Shown here: positions 22,717-34,897 of the stretch, in pieces
Numbering within the stretch: position 1 is the stretch's first letter
How the letters are laid out: every line of letters starts with the position of its first letter
Origin: Basidiobolus meristosporus CBS 931.73
Lineage: Eukaryota > Fungi > Basidiobolomycota
DNA: 64,000 nucleotides
Direction: 5' to 3'
Assembly (NCBI GenBank): GCA_002104905.1
Contig: MCFE01000496.1
Location: 1 to 64,000 of the forward strand
Notes under the pieces: model-generated
Told to the model about the DNA's origin: nothing
What the model saw: the letters and a program-made list of their open reading frames with translations, nothing else
Database searches by the model: none
Position numbers and translations under genes: made by a program

Positions 22717-25700
22717 GTCGGCTGCTATCACAAGGATTCAAAGGAGAAACCAACTTCGTAGGAATAAGACGAAGTATTCAAAATATGTGTGAGCTGCTGG
22801 CACCGAGACGCGCTTTTATACTCAACTCGGTATGAGCATCGCAGTATGAGATTTGATATGGATTTTCATGCAATGCTGCAAGGGATCGCAAATTAGATAA
22901 GCCTCTTGAATTAATATAGGACAGGGAGTTGCAGTTGAAATCCCTCATCATTGAAAAGAGGATGGCCTCAACCGTCTGGAAACCTGGTGAAAGTCAGCTA
23001 TGCACGACCATTCATGTGCCACTCATTGTTTACCAGACGGTTTCTATCCCGCAGTCCACAAGGCTCTCTCAGTGCCATTAGGGTGTCTAGAGTGTCGGCC
23101 ATCTCTTCATGAATGCACCATCGACCAGTCGTCATCACATTATCTCTGAAATGAATGAGCGGGTCCAGTGTTGCAGATGTGTGGAGACACTTCTAACTAC
23201 GGGCTGCGTGTACAGCACAAAGTGTGTATTCGAGGGTCCACCGGCGCCCTGGGATGCTAGGCATTGTCGGGTATGAGAAAACCCGAAGAAACCGCTGAGT
23301 CGTGGTTACTTCGGATATGCTTGAGATCTGGCCCGACCAGTAAGCTAATCAACCTCATCCACTACATCGTAGCACATGGGGAGCTGGCATGTGGGACTGG
23401 CTATCTGGTAGCGATGACATAGCAACTGTATTAACTACGTTCCCTGCGTGGATGAGAGCGATTGATCTTTGCATGTGTACTGCTGCAGAGTAGCGGCTAG
23501 GAAAAAACCAGGGTGCAAGATGCCGTTGGTTATTTGCAGAGCATCTGTACAATTCGTCAATTCGTCCGTCATGAATCAAGTCAGCTCCAACCTTTTCTGA
23601 TCAATGCAGACTCGGGATTCGGGGAATTTCCTCCTCAACCTTTTGAACACCGTTTCTTAAGATTCATACCCTGAGGTACGGATCACTCGCGAGTTTCCAT
23701 TTCTGGCCGAATCTCGTAAATGCCATGATTGGTATCCGCAACAAGGTGTAATTATGCCTCCTTAGAGGTCTCAATGCGATTTTGCGGACTAGTCAGAGAA
23801 GGCTATCTGCCACATAGTTGCTGATTTTGTTTACCACTGTACGTGTGATGTCATTGCAGAGTGGCAGGCCTGGCCAGAGGAAACTCACCATCATGCGCTA
23901 CTTTAATCGTACCGTTCCTGAGAACAGTACAGTAATGAGCAAGTTGATTCGACAACGATCTCAGCAGGCAGGCCACTCGCCGGACGACAGACATTGTGTT
24001 GTGTCGTAAGCTCTGGCACGGTAAAGGCCGTGGGAGAGGGCTTGTGTGGAGCAGAGAGCCCAAGCCAACTGGGAGTCTGGCGGAGAGACACCCGCTGGCA
24101 AACCCCCAGGTATCAAGCACCAGTGAACTAGACCTCTTGGTGCGATTAGTATGCCTCGCTGCATGATATCTGTTACTAAATCATTGCGAGCATGTAGTTT
24201 GCATATCACATCATGCGTAGATGATAACGGTTTTGAGGCTTATGAGGGCCAGCATCTCATGCAGACATTCAGACAACTTGGTTAGAACTCCATGCTGAGA
24301 GGAGACCCTGGTTGGTGCTGGAGGATGACCTGATCATCAATGTGTGAAGGTTCCCTAACTATCATATCAGAGTGGGTGGCTCCTAAAACGTGATGGTGGG
24401 AACTTCCTGAGGATTCGGGGTAGTTTATGAAAGGATCGCCAAAACGTCCCAGCAAAGCACTTGACTCATAGAAATTCATCTTTTGACTGGTGAGATAGAT
24501 ATATGGCGACTGAAACGTTGGAAATGATGTTTTCATATCGGATTAGCTATCTTTCGATCCATCTGTTTGTGGCATGACTAAACATGCTCGCCATAGCCTC
24601 TATCATTGCATTCATGAGCGTACTCTGATCAGGAACTATCAAGTAATGCTCGGCAATTGCTGGATAGAAATCGGGCATTGGTGAGGAAGCCGGTGTTACT
24701 TGTAACACCAAGAGCGGTCCACCGTTTCGATGGGCTCTCTGCTGCAAGGACACCAGTTGCAAGCGTGATTATTTTTATCTCGGTGCTTTACCCAGCACGA
24801 GCGGATATGAATCGACAGTTGGTGGCCAGAAGAAGATTGGCCTTGCTTCGTCTAATCAATCATTCAAGTGGTCTTCTGCTGACGACTACCATCACGGCTA
24901 GCGGCGATGCCCTCTTGTGTTCGTATCTTCACTTCGTTGCTACCGTAGAGCTTCCACTCTAAATATACGGGCCGTCGACTCGCCCCTTCCACGTATGAAC
25001 AATAGTTGGTCGCTTCTCTTGATCAAAGTTCACAACCAGATGTTTTCAGTCAGTGACCATCATTTGTTCATCTCTTGGACGGAGTTGACCATCTGTCACA
25101 AGTTCGGCACTGGCCAACCTGGGCCAGGCACGAAAACCCCTATACCTCTTGACCCAGATACAAGTCACATTCTCAAACTGCCAAACGGTGAGTATTGAGG
25201 TTTGGCTAATTCAAGTCAAATCAATGGAAGCAACCAAAAAACACAAATACGCATGATATTCTGAGTTGGCACCACCTCATAACACAACACACTTCCAAGT
25301 AAACATAATATATCAACAGATATTCTATGACCATGGCAGCAGTAAACAATCGACAGAGCAACCATGGGCACTGCACTGAACACCATTTCTTTCGAATGGC
25401 TACCGACACGCCAAAGGCTACCCTGCTCTTTCAGATGCATGATAGCGTCCAAGAGAGGAAGGTTCAAGCATGGATTTCCCAGAGCTGGGTCCGTGATCGC
25501 TTTACAACTATGACTGAGGCAGCCCAATCACTTGCACGCATAAAGCTGTCCAACAATAATTGGTGATGAGCTAACTCCCAAAGGAAACCCATCCACGGCC
25601 ACCATGATATACGTAGATGAGGCAGCCAGATATGATCACCCGTTTTGGGGAGAATGGCCATTCTAGCTACCCGAAACATGGATGAATCACAACTGCAGGT

Positions 25701-27114
25701 TGACTCGGTGCTTGACTGCAGGCATACTCTCTGTAATGCGCATGCATTCTCATCACGAGTCGGATGCATGAATGCGAGCCGCGCTTGTTTCAGAGAACAG
25801 GCGTTCGGATTCAGTGCATGCAAGATTACACCACAGATGAAGTGATGGAATATCAGGGAGTATCGAGCACGCCCCCTTGATTGGTGCAGAGCAATCCATG
25901 ATATTTGTTAAACCCAACCACAGCACAGTTGCAGGTTATTTGTTTAACAACCACTGTTTGTTGGACCAGATGCATTCCACCCACTTGACACCCCTCAGGC
26001 CGTAGCATCCAGCACTGGCTGGTCACATGAGCCAGCGGATGATGTAAACGAGGATTCATTCACCAGGAAGGCCAGATCTACCACGATCCATGCGGGATAG
26101 GCGTGATTTCAGGGCTTCCATCGAGCGGGGCTGCATGCTCCCGACCACTTGCACCGCAAGGGATTCTGGCGACCCTCAGTGGCATCCTACATGGATTCTG
26201 CTGGAGAGCCAAATCATTCGGCGGATTATTTCAGCCTTCAATTGGAGGAAAACATTTTCATGTATTACATTGGTGATTACGTTTCTAAGAAATCCTTCCC
26301 AGATTGAGATGGTTTGTAGATGCCTTAGGCACTGTGGGTGATCGATATTTGCTGAGATTTGGGGCTTTGTTCAATGGAAAAAAAAGAAACGAAGCTTATT
26401 TTGATATGTCACGCAAGAGATATTATTGTACATTAGCATTTCCTTAATCCTCATACCATCGCTATCTACGCCCGCCCCACCAATCAGAACGCCGCTCCGT
26501 GGATGATGGTGAACCGAATGCAAAATGTCGATTCTCTGGCAAGGAATCCTCGCCAATTCCTACTGTGCCCTTTCTAACAAATATCTTTATATTACCCCGT
26601 TGACCGATTATTTTGCTCCTTCCTTTTTCTTTGATTTCCACACTTCAGGACTATTTTATTTATCTTAGTTTAGTACCTTTCCCACTCCTTTTTGTCGTCA
26701 CCCTTTATTTTCATGAGCACAAGCGTTGACCTAGCAATACTCTAATACTTTCGAGATCCTTTTGTATGGGCATATCCTCTTGTCACGCAACTCTTCAACC
26801 TACTTTGAAAGCTCTTCCTCGTCCAACGCCATTCGTTTGAACCCCGTTTCCCATAATACTCTGCTCCGACACCGATTGCAAGCAAGTCTTTAGTACTGCT
26901 CCAGTTATTACCTGCCCCGCATTACTCTTAATATAATTTTCCCCGACTGTCTTTCGCTCCGACCACCTGCTATTCTCGTTTCTCGTCATTCTCTGTTGAA
27001 TCCAGCTATCTACTAAACAAGCTGTTCGTCCCTTTTCTGCTCGGTGGCTACTTTAAGCTCAAGTGAAGCTTTATCGACATAGCTAAACCAGTTTCCCTCT
27101 CAAAAACATTCCAC

Positions 27115-29215
27115 ATGGCTGGTCCACCAAGCGAAGTTGATTCACAATGTTCTAGAAGTCGAGCAAGAGAACCAGTGTCTGTAAGTAAGACCGCCAGGTT
27201 ATCGCCGGAGTATACGTTACTGAAATTACCTATTCTAGCGACTGAAGGCGTCTTTCCAACGTCAAAGCCATCGACTAAGCGTGTTTGTCCACAAACCGCT
27301 AACACGAGAGAGTTCAATCAAAGTATGCCAACCAAATTCAGGTTTTTGTGGGGAGCACGAACTGATGAGCTTTGTTCTGTCTAGTCTGCAAATTCCACGG
27401 CCTCCTACAGTTACTATGCCAAGCAAATCGGCGACATACTGATGGCGGATGATTTCAATTTACTGGTAGCAATTTGCCAAACAACCATAGGAGGGGACTC
27501 GGCGGCAAATTTCGCCAAATCTATCGTTGTTTGGTTAAAGCAAGAGAACTCGAGCTGGCTTGAGCACTTTCTCAAACGGATACTGAAACAAAAGATGGCC
27601 GAAAATTGTAAGCAACATGTGTAGTGCAGCTGTCAGGCATTTTTCTAATTTCTGTGCAAATGGTTTGGGTAGACGCGAAAGGGCTGGACGCCAGCGACAC
27701 GCTGCGCGAGAACTGTATGACCACAAAGCTGATGAACTCTTTTTTGTGGCATGAGGGGCAAGGCTACTTAATGGACTCGCTCCACCATACGATGCTCTCG
27801 ATCCATCCCTTCGCATCAAATTGCGAGATCGATGGGTTTCGCATGGGAAGGGAGTCCACCTCGGAAGAAATTGAAGAGCACAAAGATTATCTCGAGAAAG
27901 CCTGTGTCATGCTCCTGGCATCCATGCTGGGAAACCAGCACAAGATGCCCGCTTCGTTTCGACGTCTATGCTACTTCATGAAGACCGAGATCGAAAAGAC
28001 CTGGGGGCCAATGGCAGCCAAGCCACGCTTAGAGGCTGAGGAGGCGAAATCCAATCGTGCCTCTCTTACGATGAGCAACTACCTGAAAAGATTATCCAAC
28101 GAAATCGTGACTTCCATCTCCAAGACTGGCAACTACATTATCTCTCCATCGAAAATAGAAGAGTTGGATCAGAAACGCCCTAAATCGGAAATCTCCTACT
28201 CCGCCAACAAGGAATACAAGATCTCCAGAAATTCCGGTTCCTGGAAGCAAGATACAATGATGTCGCTCTCTGAGAAGGCCGTCGGTAGTCTCTTGTTTTT
28301 GAGGTTTTTCATTCCAGGTAATCGACAGACGTCAACACTGCAAGGAGCCCAGCAAATACTAATGCTCGTGCCTCCCATCCAGCAATCATCTCACCGGATC
28401 GCTACGGCCTTGTCAACCGGTGTGTTACGATGGAAGAGCGTCGTGGCTTTCTACTATGCGCCAAGGTGCTCACTGGAATGTGCAACAACGTAGATTTCGG
28501 CAAGAAGGAGGCATACATTCGCATCATGAACCCGTTCATCCACGAGTACCGGGGGATGGTCAGGTCGTTTGTCAAGTTTGCATCCGCCAGCTCGTTGGTA
28601 AGCCCAAATGTTCTTTCCTTCTGCGCCAATCAACTTCTAAACTTCTATTTTCAGGGGGGCAACCGAAGGCCACCCGTGGATGGGGAAAGCCCATGTTCAC
28701 CCCACCAAGTTTTTTCTAGCAATGGTGCCAGTGAGGATATGATCGAATTTCTACATGCGAATATCTCCAAGATCGAAAGAGACCTGCAGTCTGCAGTCCA
28801 GCTCTTTTCCACAAACGAGGCAAATGTACGCACTTCTACTATCCCGCTCACTACAAACATGGTTCTAATCCGATGTTTCTCCCCAAAAGCACGTGTTGAC
28901 TTCTTTCACTTCCCTGAAAACCTTGGTGGTAGAATGTATGCACGAGCAGCAGCAGCAGCAGACATCAAGACAATCCAGCCCACAGTCCGGCCCAATGTAC
29001 CGATTGATTCGCAAATTTGGATTCTTCCAGACAAGGTCAAAGGCCGAGGAAGAGACGAGCAAAGGTAGATAGAAGGTGAACCTGGCCTCACCGCGACCCG
29101 CGCTGACCGCTCCCTCACAATCTAGATGGCCGTAAAAACCCATGTGTAGCAACAAAAATCCCCCGACATCCCTCTCCACCCATCACTGACCAACGGTATG
29201 CCAGCTGGGCTTAGC
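27115..29215 (+). CDS. RasGAP-domain protein (start and last exon uncertain)
   Basis: TLRENCMTTKLM (arginine-finger loop), MPASFRRLC, LLFLRFFIP|AIISPDRYGL, RRGFLLCAKVL and FGKKEAYIRIMNPFI match the RasGAP fold. Confidence 0.85.
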
Positions 29216-29853
29216 TCGTCGCTAGCAATATCGCACCTTTATTTGCGGAATGGCCCAGTTTCTTTTGCTTCTGAATAGACAGAGGTATTTGGTTTGGGCA
29301 AGAGCTCTGACAACCCAACGCACCGATATACCAGGCGCATTGTGGAATGCCAGCAATTCCATTGGACTGGCCACCGTATCACATGCACCGAACCACGCTT
29401 CCAATTGTTCACCCGCTTCCGTCACTTCACTTCTCTTAATTTCTATTGTTTACCAGCGTTCTTGATTTTTATTTCCTTCCCACCATCCGTCAGATAAGCA
29501 CCAGATGCCCTACCTTTGTACTCGCAACCATCCACTGTTTCACAAACCCCCAGCATAATTACCATACCTTCGATGGCACCAACCATCCAGACTGATTAGT
29601 TCGAAAGAAGGCTTGATCGGAAAGAGGGATATTCAAGTCCACCCGAATTAAACGTCTCTTTAATCAGCACACCCCGTTGCTTTTTGCAGGTGATTTTTAT
29701 GCCTTTCTACGGGGGCGCCACCCAGGATCCAAAAATAAGCCTATCCACATGTACTGCTGTTTTATTGTGCATGCCTGAGACGAGGGGAGGGGCGGGTGGC
29801 ATGTGGTAGCGATGAGAGATTTTAGGCGGTGGCAGCGATAGGCACTTGTCTGG

Positions 29854-31013
29854 TCATTCCAGGAAAGTGCGCTCCGACTCCTCCAGCCTTTTGGCCTCCT
29901 CCTTCTTCTTGGCCAGTCGTTGTGCTAAGGGAGGCTCTCAGTTAACCGGGGGACATGGACAACATCAACCACCAAAGACGTACCTCTAGCCTCGGCCAGC
30001 TTTTTCTTCTCCTGCTCCAACGCCTCCTTGGATTTTGTTACTTTGATGCCCAGGATGTTCCCTACCAGTCTACGCGCCACCATGTCACTGGTAACCGGGC
30101 GTCCGGGGGCGGGGACCCTCACCGGAGTCGACGGGGCTGTGGAGAAGATCGCGTTACTCGAGACATGAACCAAATGCAACTAAGCTACGACTACGACGGT
30201 TCCCAATTCTACGTTACCTTTGTCAAACTTTTCGCCCGGGTGGGCATCTTCGGTGGACAACTGGCCCAGGGATTTGGTGAGCTCGTCGATTCCCGGCTCC
30301 GGAACTTGCCTACGTCTACCTAACTTTGGCTCTGAAAACGTGAGTTCGTACCGTGTGGAGGTTCGTTTGCGGCCAAGGACTGGCATCGAATAGCACACCG
30401 CCGCTTTTGTTCCTCAACCTACCTGGATGTAGAAGCGCTGTCGAGCTGCTGGGGGTTGGATCGGTTGCTGCGGCTCCGGGGGTGGGCTTTCTTTCTGGGA
30501 AGGGCTTGTTGGGGGAGCTGGGACGACCGCGAGGGCTCCGATCCTGGCGGTGGGAGGTATGTGAGGACGATCCCTTGTGAGCGTTTCGCGAATTTTTCTG
30601 GGGGGTTTTTTTAGCGGTTGTTTCCGGATACACCCTCAGGGAGGTGGCGTCGAAATCTCGGCCTCGTCGCGGGGGAGGGCACTCTCCGGTAGCTGGTGTA
30701 GGGCTCTTTGGCTTGTTCGTATCCAGCTTGGGTTCGTTGGACTGGGGGGAGGGTTTGGCTTGTCCATCTTGGCCCATACGCTTGAAGCGTGGGACGTACA
30801 CCTGGGCTTCAGGGTGGAGACTACAAAATTGTGGTTGGAAAACGTCAGTTTGTTGCGAACCGAACTTGCCCTTGGCAAACCGCCACGATCGCCTCGGAGT
30901 CGAGAGCTCTGGGGTTTGGTCCGGGGTGGGGGATAGGGGCGTTACTTTTTTCTCGTTTCCGACGGGGGGTTTTTCGCCTCCCGGTCGCCAGAACCGCTCT
31001 CTGGAGAGGACAT
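29854..31013 (-). CDS. Disordered protein with an N-terminal PAM2-like motif and an R3HCC1-like C-terminal helix (5 exons)
   Basis: Spliced model MSSPESG...RKN|LHPEAQVYVPRFKR ... RPVTSDMVARRLVGNILGIKVTKSKEALEQEKKKLAEAR|AQRLAKKKEE...FLE*; four GT-AG introns keep the frame. Confidence 0.7.
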
Positions 31014-31029
31014 GGTGAAGTGGGTCGAG

Positions 31030-31175
31030 CTAGGGGAACTAGGGGAACTAGGGGAACCAGGGGAGGGAAGATGGAAATGAGAAAAAGGGGATCGGGATAT
31101 ATCAAGATACGGTTGGAATCTGGGAATTCCAGGTTCTGGTTCTGGTTCAGCGTCAGCGTCAGCGTCAGCTTCAGC
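31030..31175. repeat. Short repeats CTAGGGGAA x3-4, TTCTGG x2-3 and AGCGTC x4 upstream of the 29854-31013 gene
   Basis: Directly visible. Confidence 0.9.
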
Positions 31176-31427
31176 AATAGTCGATTTATTCAATATGGTA
31201 GATGTATACAGAAAAAGATCCAACCAAATTTCAGTGCATTCTCTGGTCTGGTGAGCATGTCCCCAAGCATGATTCGCTGGATCCATCAACGATATTGTGG
31301 TGGCCATGAATCAGTGCACCGGTGATCGAAATTCTAACAAGCCTCACCAGGGCGTCGGCTGAAAAAGCCCCTCCCCCTCCAAGCACCCACCGTGTTTGAT
31401 GACTCTTACTGAGCTGATCTGGTATGC

Positions 31428-32136
31428 TCACGAGCGCTGACTCTCAAGGTATGGATTGACTGGAGCGTAGCCGCAGGCTTCACAGAGCTTCTCGACTGCC
31501 GCATGATCCTCCTTGCACTCCCCCTGTTGCCCCAAATACTTACAAGGAAGATCCGTATCTAAAGGCGTGGACATGCAAATGCACAGTTAGTTGAGATCGG
31601 TAGTAACCCCGTGGGATGGTGATGTGCTTACGTGCAGCGTCGCAGTATCTAGCAAGGAAACGACATCAATCAGCCAAGATCAGTGGTTCCAATGAGTTGG
31701 TAGGTACTTACGGTGGTGCTTTGGTGTATTTACAATTGCATATGCTATAGCGTGCCTGAGACCTCCCGTCAGCCAGCGTTCCCGGGACCACCCACTTCAG
31801 AGGCTTGAACTTGGTTCCTTTGTGGCTGGCTAGTGTTTTCGGTGCAACCAGTCAGCCCCGCATTAATCAAGTGAATGTTTACCGAAACTCCACCCACCAT
31901 CACACCAGGGTTGCTTCTTGCTTAAGCCGCAAGTGCACCACAGCTTGGTTTGGCCAGGCACAAGACCGCAAACGTTGATGGGACCGTACTTCGAGACATG
32001 CGTCAGTAGGCGAGAAGAAAACCTGGGCAAGTAAGTGTGGATGCGGCCAACGTACCATGGGGACACAGGGCTTTAACGCAAGATCCTCGATCTCGACAAC
32101 CCCATCAGCGCCGGTTTCTTGACATGGAGGAGTCAT
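31428..32136 (-). CDS. Two-CDGSH [2Fe-2S] domain protein (CISD3/MiNT-like) with a Cys-rich tail
   Basis: WCTCGLSKKQPWCDG|SH and ICNCKYTKAPP|YCDAAH across introns, both fitting C-x-C-x2-(S/T)-x3-P-x-C-D-(G/A)-(S/A)-H. Confidence 0.9.
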
Positions 32137-32564
32137 GATGTTTGAAGGCTAGGCAAGGTGGATCGCTAAGAACAGGTGAGTAGGTGACAGCGCTGAAGGG
32201 TGATGGTAATTTTGCGGGGATGGACATCCGCTTTTATAGTGTGTTGACTGCATGTGAATGGTTACCCCAGTGGCATCACTCATACTGACTGGCATGGCAC
32301 CCACCCTCATAACCGCCAACCTCCACTGCTTCGTTCGTGGGAAATTGAGCCCCCTCTAGGAAACTGGCACCATCACCGCTATCTCACGATTTGGGGTGGG
32401 TTGAATAGTACCCTGGATGGTGGAGATTTTCCCAGACAAACATGCCCGTTGATTGGATGGTGCCAACCACTAGCATCCCTATTGGAGGAGAATTCTTGGT
32501 GTCACCATAGGCGAGGCATTCGTTTGATGAAATATAAGATTAATCAAGTTTGTACAGTACAGCG

Positions 32565-32828
32565 TTATCCGACATCTTTCTCATACCAAGAAACGTGTCC
32601 ATTCGATACACTCTCCTCGGCAAGTTCGTTCGCCCAGACGGCCAGCCCTGCGTCCCAGAAGAATGCTCGTACGGAATTGATCGCGTGTCCCGCTCCCGCA
32701 AGAGACCACTGCGATGTCAGAGTGGTGTTGTTCAGCGAGAGAAGTGATTCCCCCAAGGACATGGTCAAGTCCAGCTCATACTGTGCATACATCCCTGCCA
32801 ACCCCACTGTCCTTAACCAACCTGGCAT
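32565..32828 (-). CDS. Putative small protein (87 aa), divergent from RPS2
   Basis: ATG in AT-rich context and protein-like composition (WDAGLAVWANELAEE); no family recognised. Confidence 0.25.
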   Translation of the reverse strand: MPGWLRTVGLAGMYAQYELDLTMSLGESLLSLNNTTLTSQWSLAGAGHAINSVRAFFWDAGLAVWANELAEESVSNGHVSWYEKDVG

Positions 32829-33184
32829 AAATTAAACGTTGATTAAGTATTCCCGAAGAATTTGCTCTTTCCGGCCCATCCGGCCCGGTGATTGGTGAAA
32901 AATTCTGATCGATGATTTTGCCTGGATGTGGTCCGATTACTCAAAAGATATGGGCATTGGCAATTCGCTTCTCTTTCCTTTATTTTCCGGCCTTTAGTTG
33001 TACCTCTTTCCCCTTAACAACATATTATGTAAGTGATCAGTTTCCGTTCATCAATCCGCCCACCCATTCATCCATTCATTTCCCGGGTGTTCCTATCCTG
33101 GTCGATGGGCAGCGTTCACCTCGTCCGACTGTCCCCCTCCCCCCCCATCAACATGACTAACCAATTCGCATCTTCACTAGTAAA

Positions 33185-34094
33185 ATGGCTGATTCTGCAC
33201 CAACTGAAAACCGTGGTGGTAATGCCCCTCTGAATGCATCTCTCCATGCTGTTCGCCTTCTAATCATACTTCATCTATCCAGGACGTGGTGGCTTCGGAC
33301 GTGGTCGTGGCGGCAGAGGTCGTGGTGGACGCGGCCGCAGAGGTGGCCGTAACGAAGAAGAGAAGCAATGGTATTGTTCGCATCCATGATCCATCAATCC
33401 AAATCCATCCTAACCACCTCTTCCTAGGGTTCCTGTTACCAAGCTTGGTCGTCTTGTGAAGGATGGCAAGATCAAGTCCATGGAGCAAATCTACCTCTTC
33501 TCCCTCCCCGTCAAGGAGTACCAGATCATTGACTACTTCCTCCCCACCCTTAAGGATGAGGTCATCAAGATCATGCCCGTCCAAAAACAAACCACTGCTG
33601 GTCAAAGAACCCGCTTCAAGGCCTTTGTTCTCATTGGTGACTCCGATGGACACGTTGGACTTGGTGTCAAGTGTGCCAAGGAAGTTGCCACTGCCATTCG
33701 TGGTGCTATCGTTCTTGCCAAGCTTAGCATCATCCCCGTTCGTAGAGGTTACTGGGGATCTTCCCTCGGTATGCCACACACCGTCCCCTCCAAGGTCACC
33801 GGTAAGTGTGGTTCCACCGTGACCCGTTTGGTTCCTGCCCCTCGCGGAACTGGTATCGTTGCTGCCCCTACTCCCAAGAAGCTCTTGCAACTTGCTGGTA
33901 TCACCGATTGTTACACCACCGCCCGTGGTTCCACCCGTACCTTGGGTAACTTCGTGAAGGCTACCTTCGCTGCCATCAGCCGTACCTACACCTACTTGAC
34001 TCCCGATTTGTGGGCCGAGACCGAGTTCGCCGCCGCCCCTTACCAGGAGTTCTCTGACTACTTGGCCAAGACCCAAGACAAATCCAAGTACTAA
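33185..34094 (+). CDS. RPS2: 40S ribosomal protein S2 (uS5), 2 introns
   Basis: RGG-rich N-terminus, [11 protein letters not shown] (spliced), [27 protein letters not shown] and [10 protein letters not shown]; strong codon bias. Confidence 0.99.
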
Positions 34095-34897
34095 GCGGCC
34101 CTAGCTAGTGCTCGTCCCTCATTTATTCATTACCCAATGCTCATGATATCTGATTTTTGAGTGAAGTTGAATATGTGTATCTGGTGTGCAGTTTTTTAAT
34201 CCTCGGGGTTACTTTCCGAAAACAGAAAAAAAAATAAATGTGTTTCTACACCATACACTACACTCCCAGGCAAGCCACACCCACCTCACCACAGCGCACC
34301 TTCCCTTATCTGATCCTGTTGATGGTTCTCATCTCGCATACTCTGCAAATGAGGCTACAGAAGAGGTGACGATTGTTGCTGCCGATGCGGTGCTGGTTAC
34401 ACCTTGACACATCTCTCTGAATCTTATCTGATTGCATGCGGTCGTGCCAAACGTGAGACGCTGAGTAACTTCATGATTGGAGTGAAGCGACTTGACCTGC
34501 ACAGCCCTCAACCAACAAACCCTAATTGCTCAACGACCAAGGGATTCCCTTATCTGATGGAGCTGATCATCCATTTGGCGGCCTCGATGGCCAATCGGAA
34601 CGACCTTTCCACACTTGGGAATCGCATTCTCTTTCCCATTTAGAGACATGTCAAACAGGAACGCGAACGTGGTGTCAACGTAGCTAGGTTAGGGTCGACG
34701 CTCTGGATCGATTTTGGGCAATATCTGGATATTTCCACTGCACCAGCCTACCAAATCCGACTGGGCAAAATGAATTGCAGAATCTTGTGCCATTTGGAGA
34801 TCAGAGGAAAACTGGTTTTCCGGACGACTGGTGCTGGAGGGGCGACGGGTCTGGTGTATATTAAGTCGGGAAAGGCGATTCCCCTCTCAACCACACC

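Noticed and set aside
32254-32835. 193-aa plus-strand ORF
   Set aside because: Non-ATG start, composition not protein-like, no family.
33264-34076. 270-aa minus-strand ORF
   Set aside because: Antisense shadow of the strongly codon-biased RPS2.
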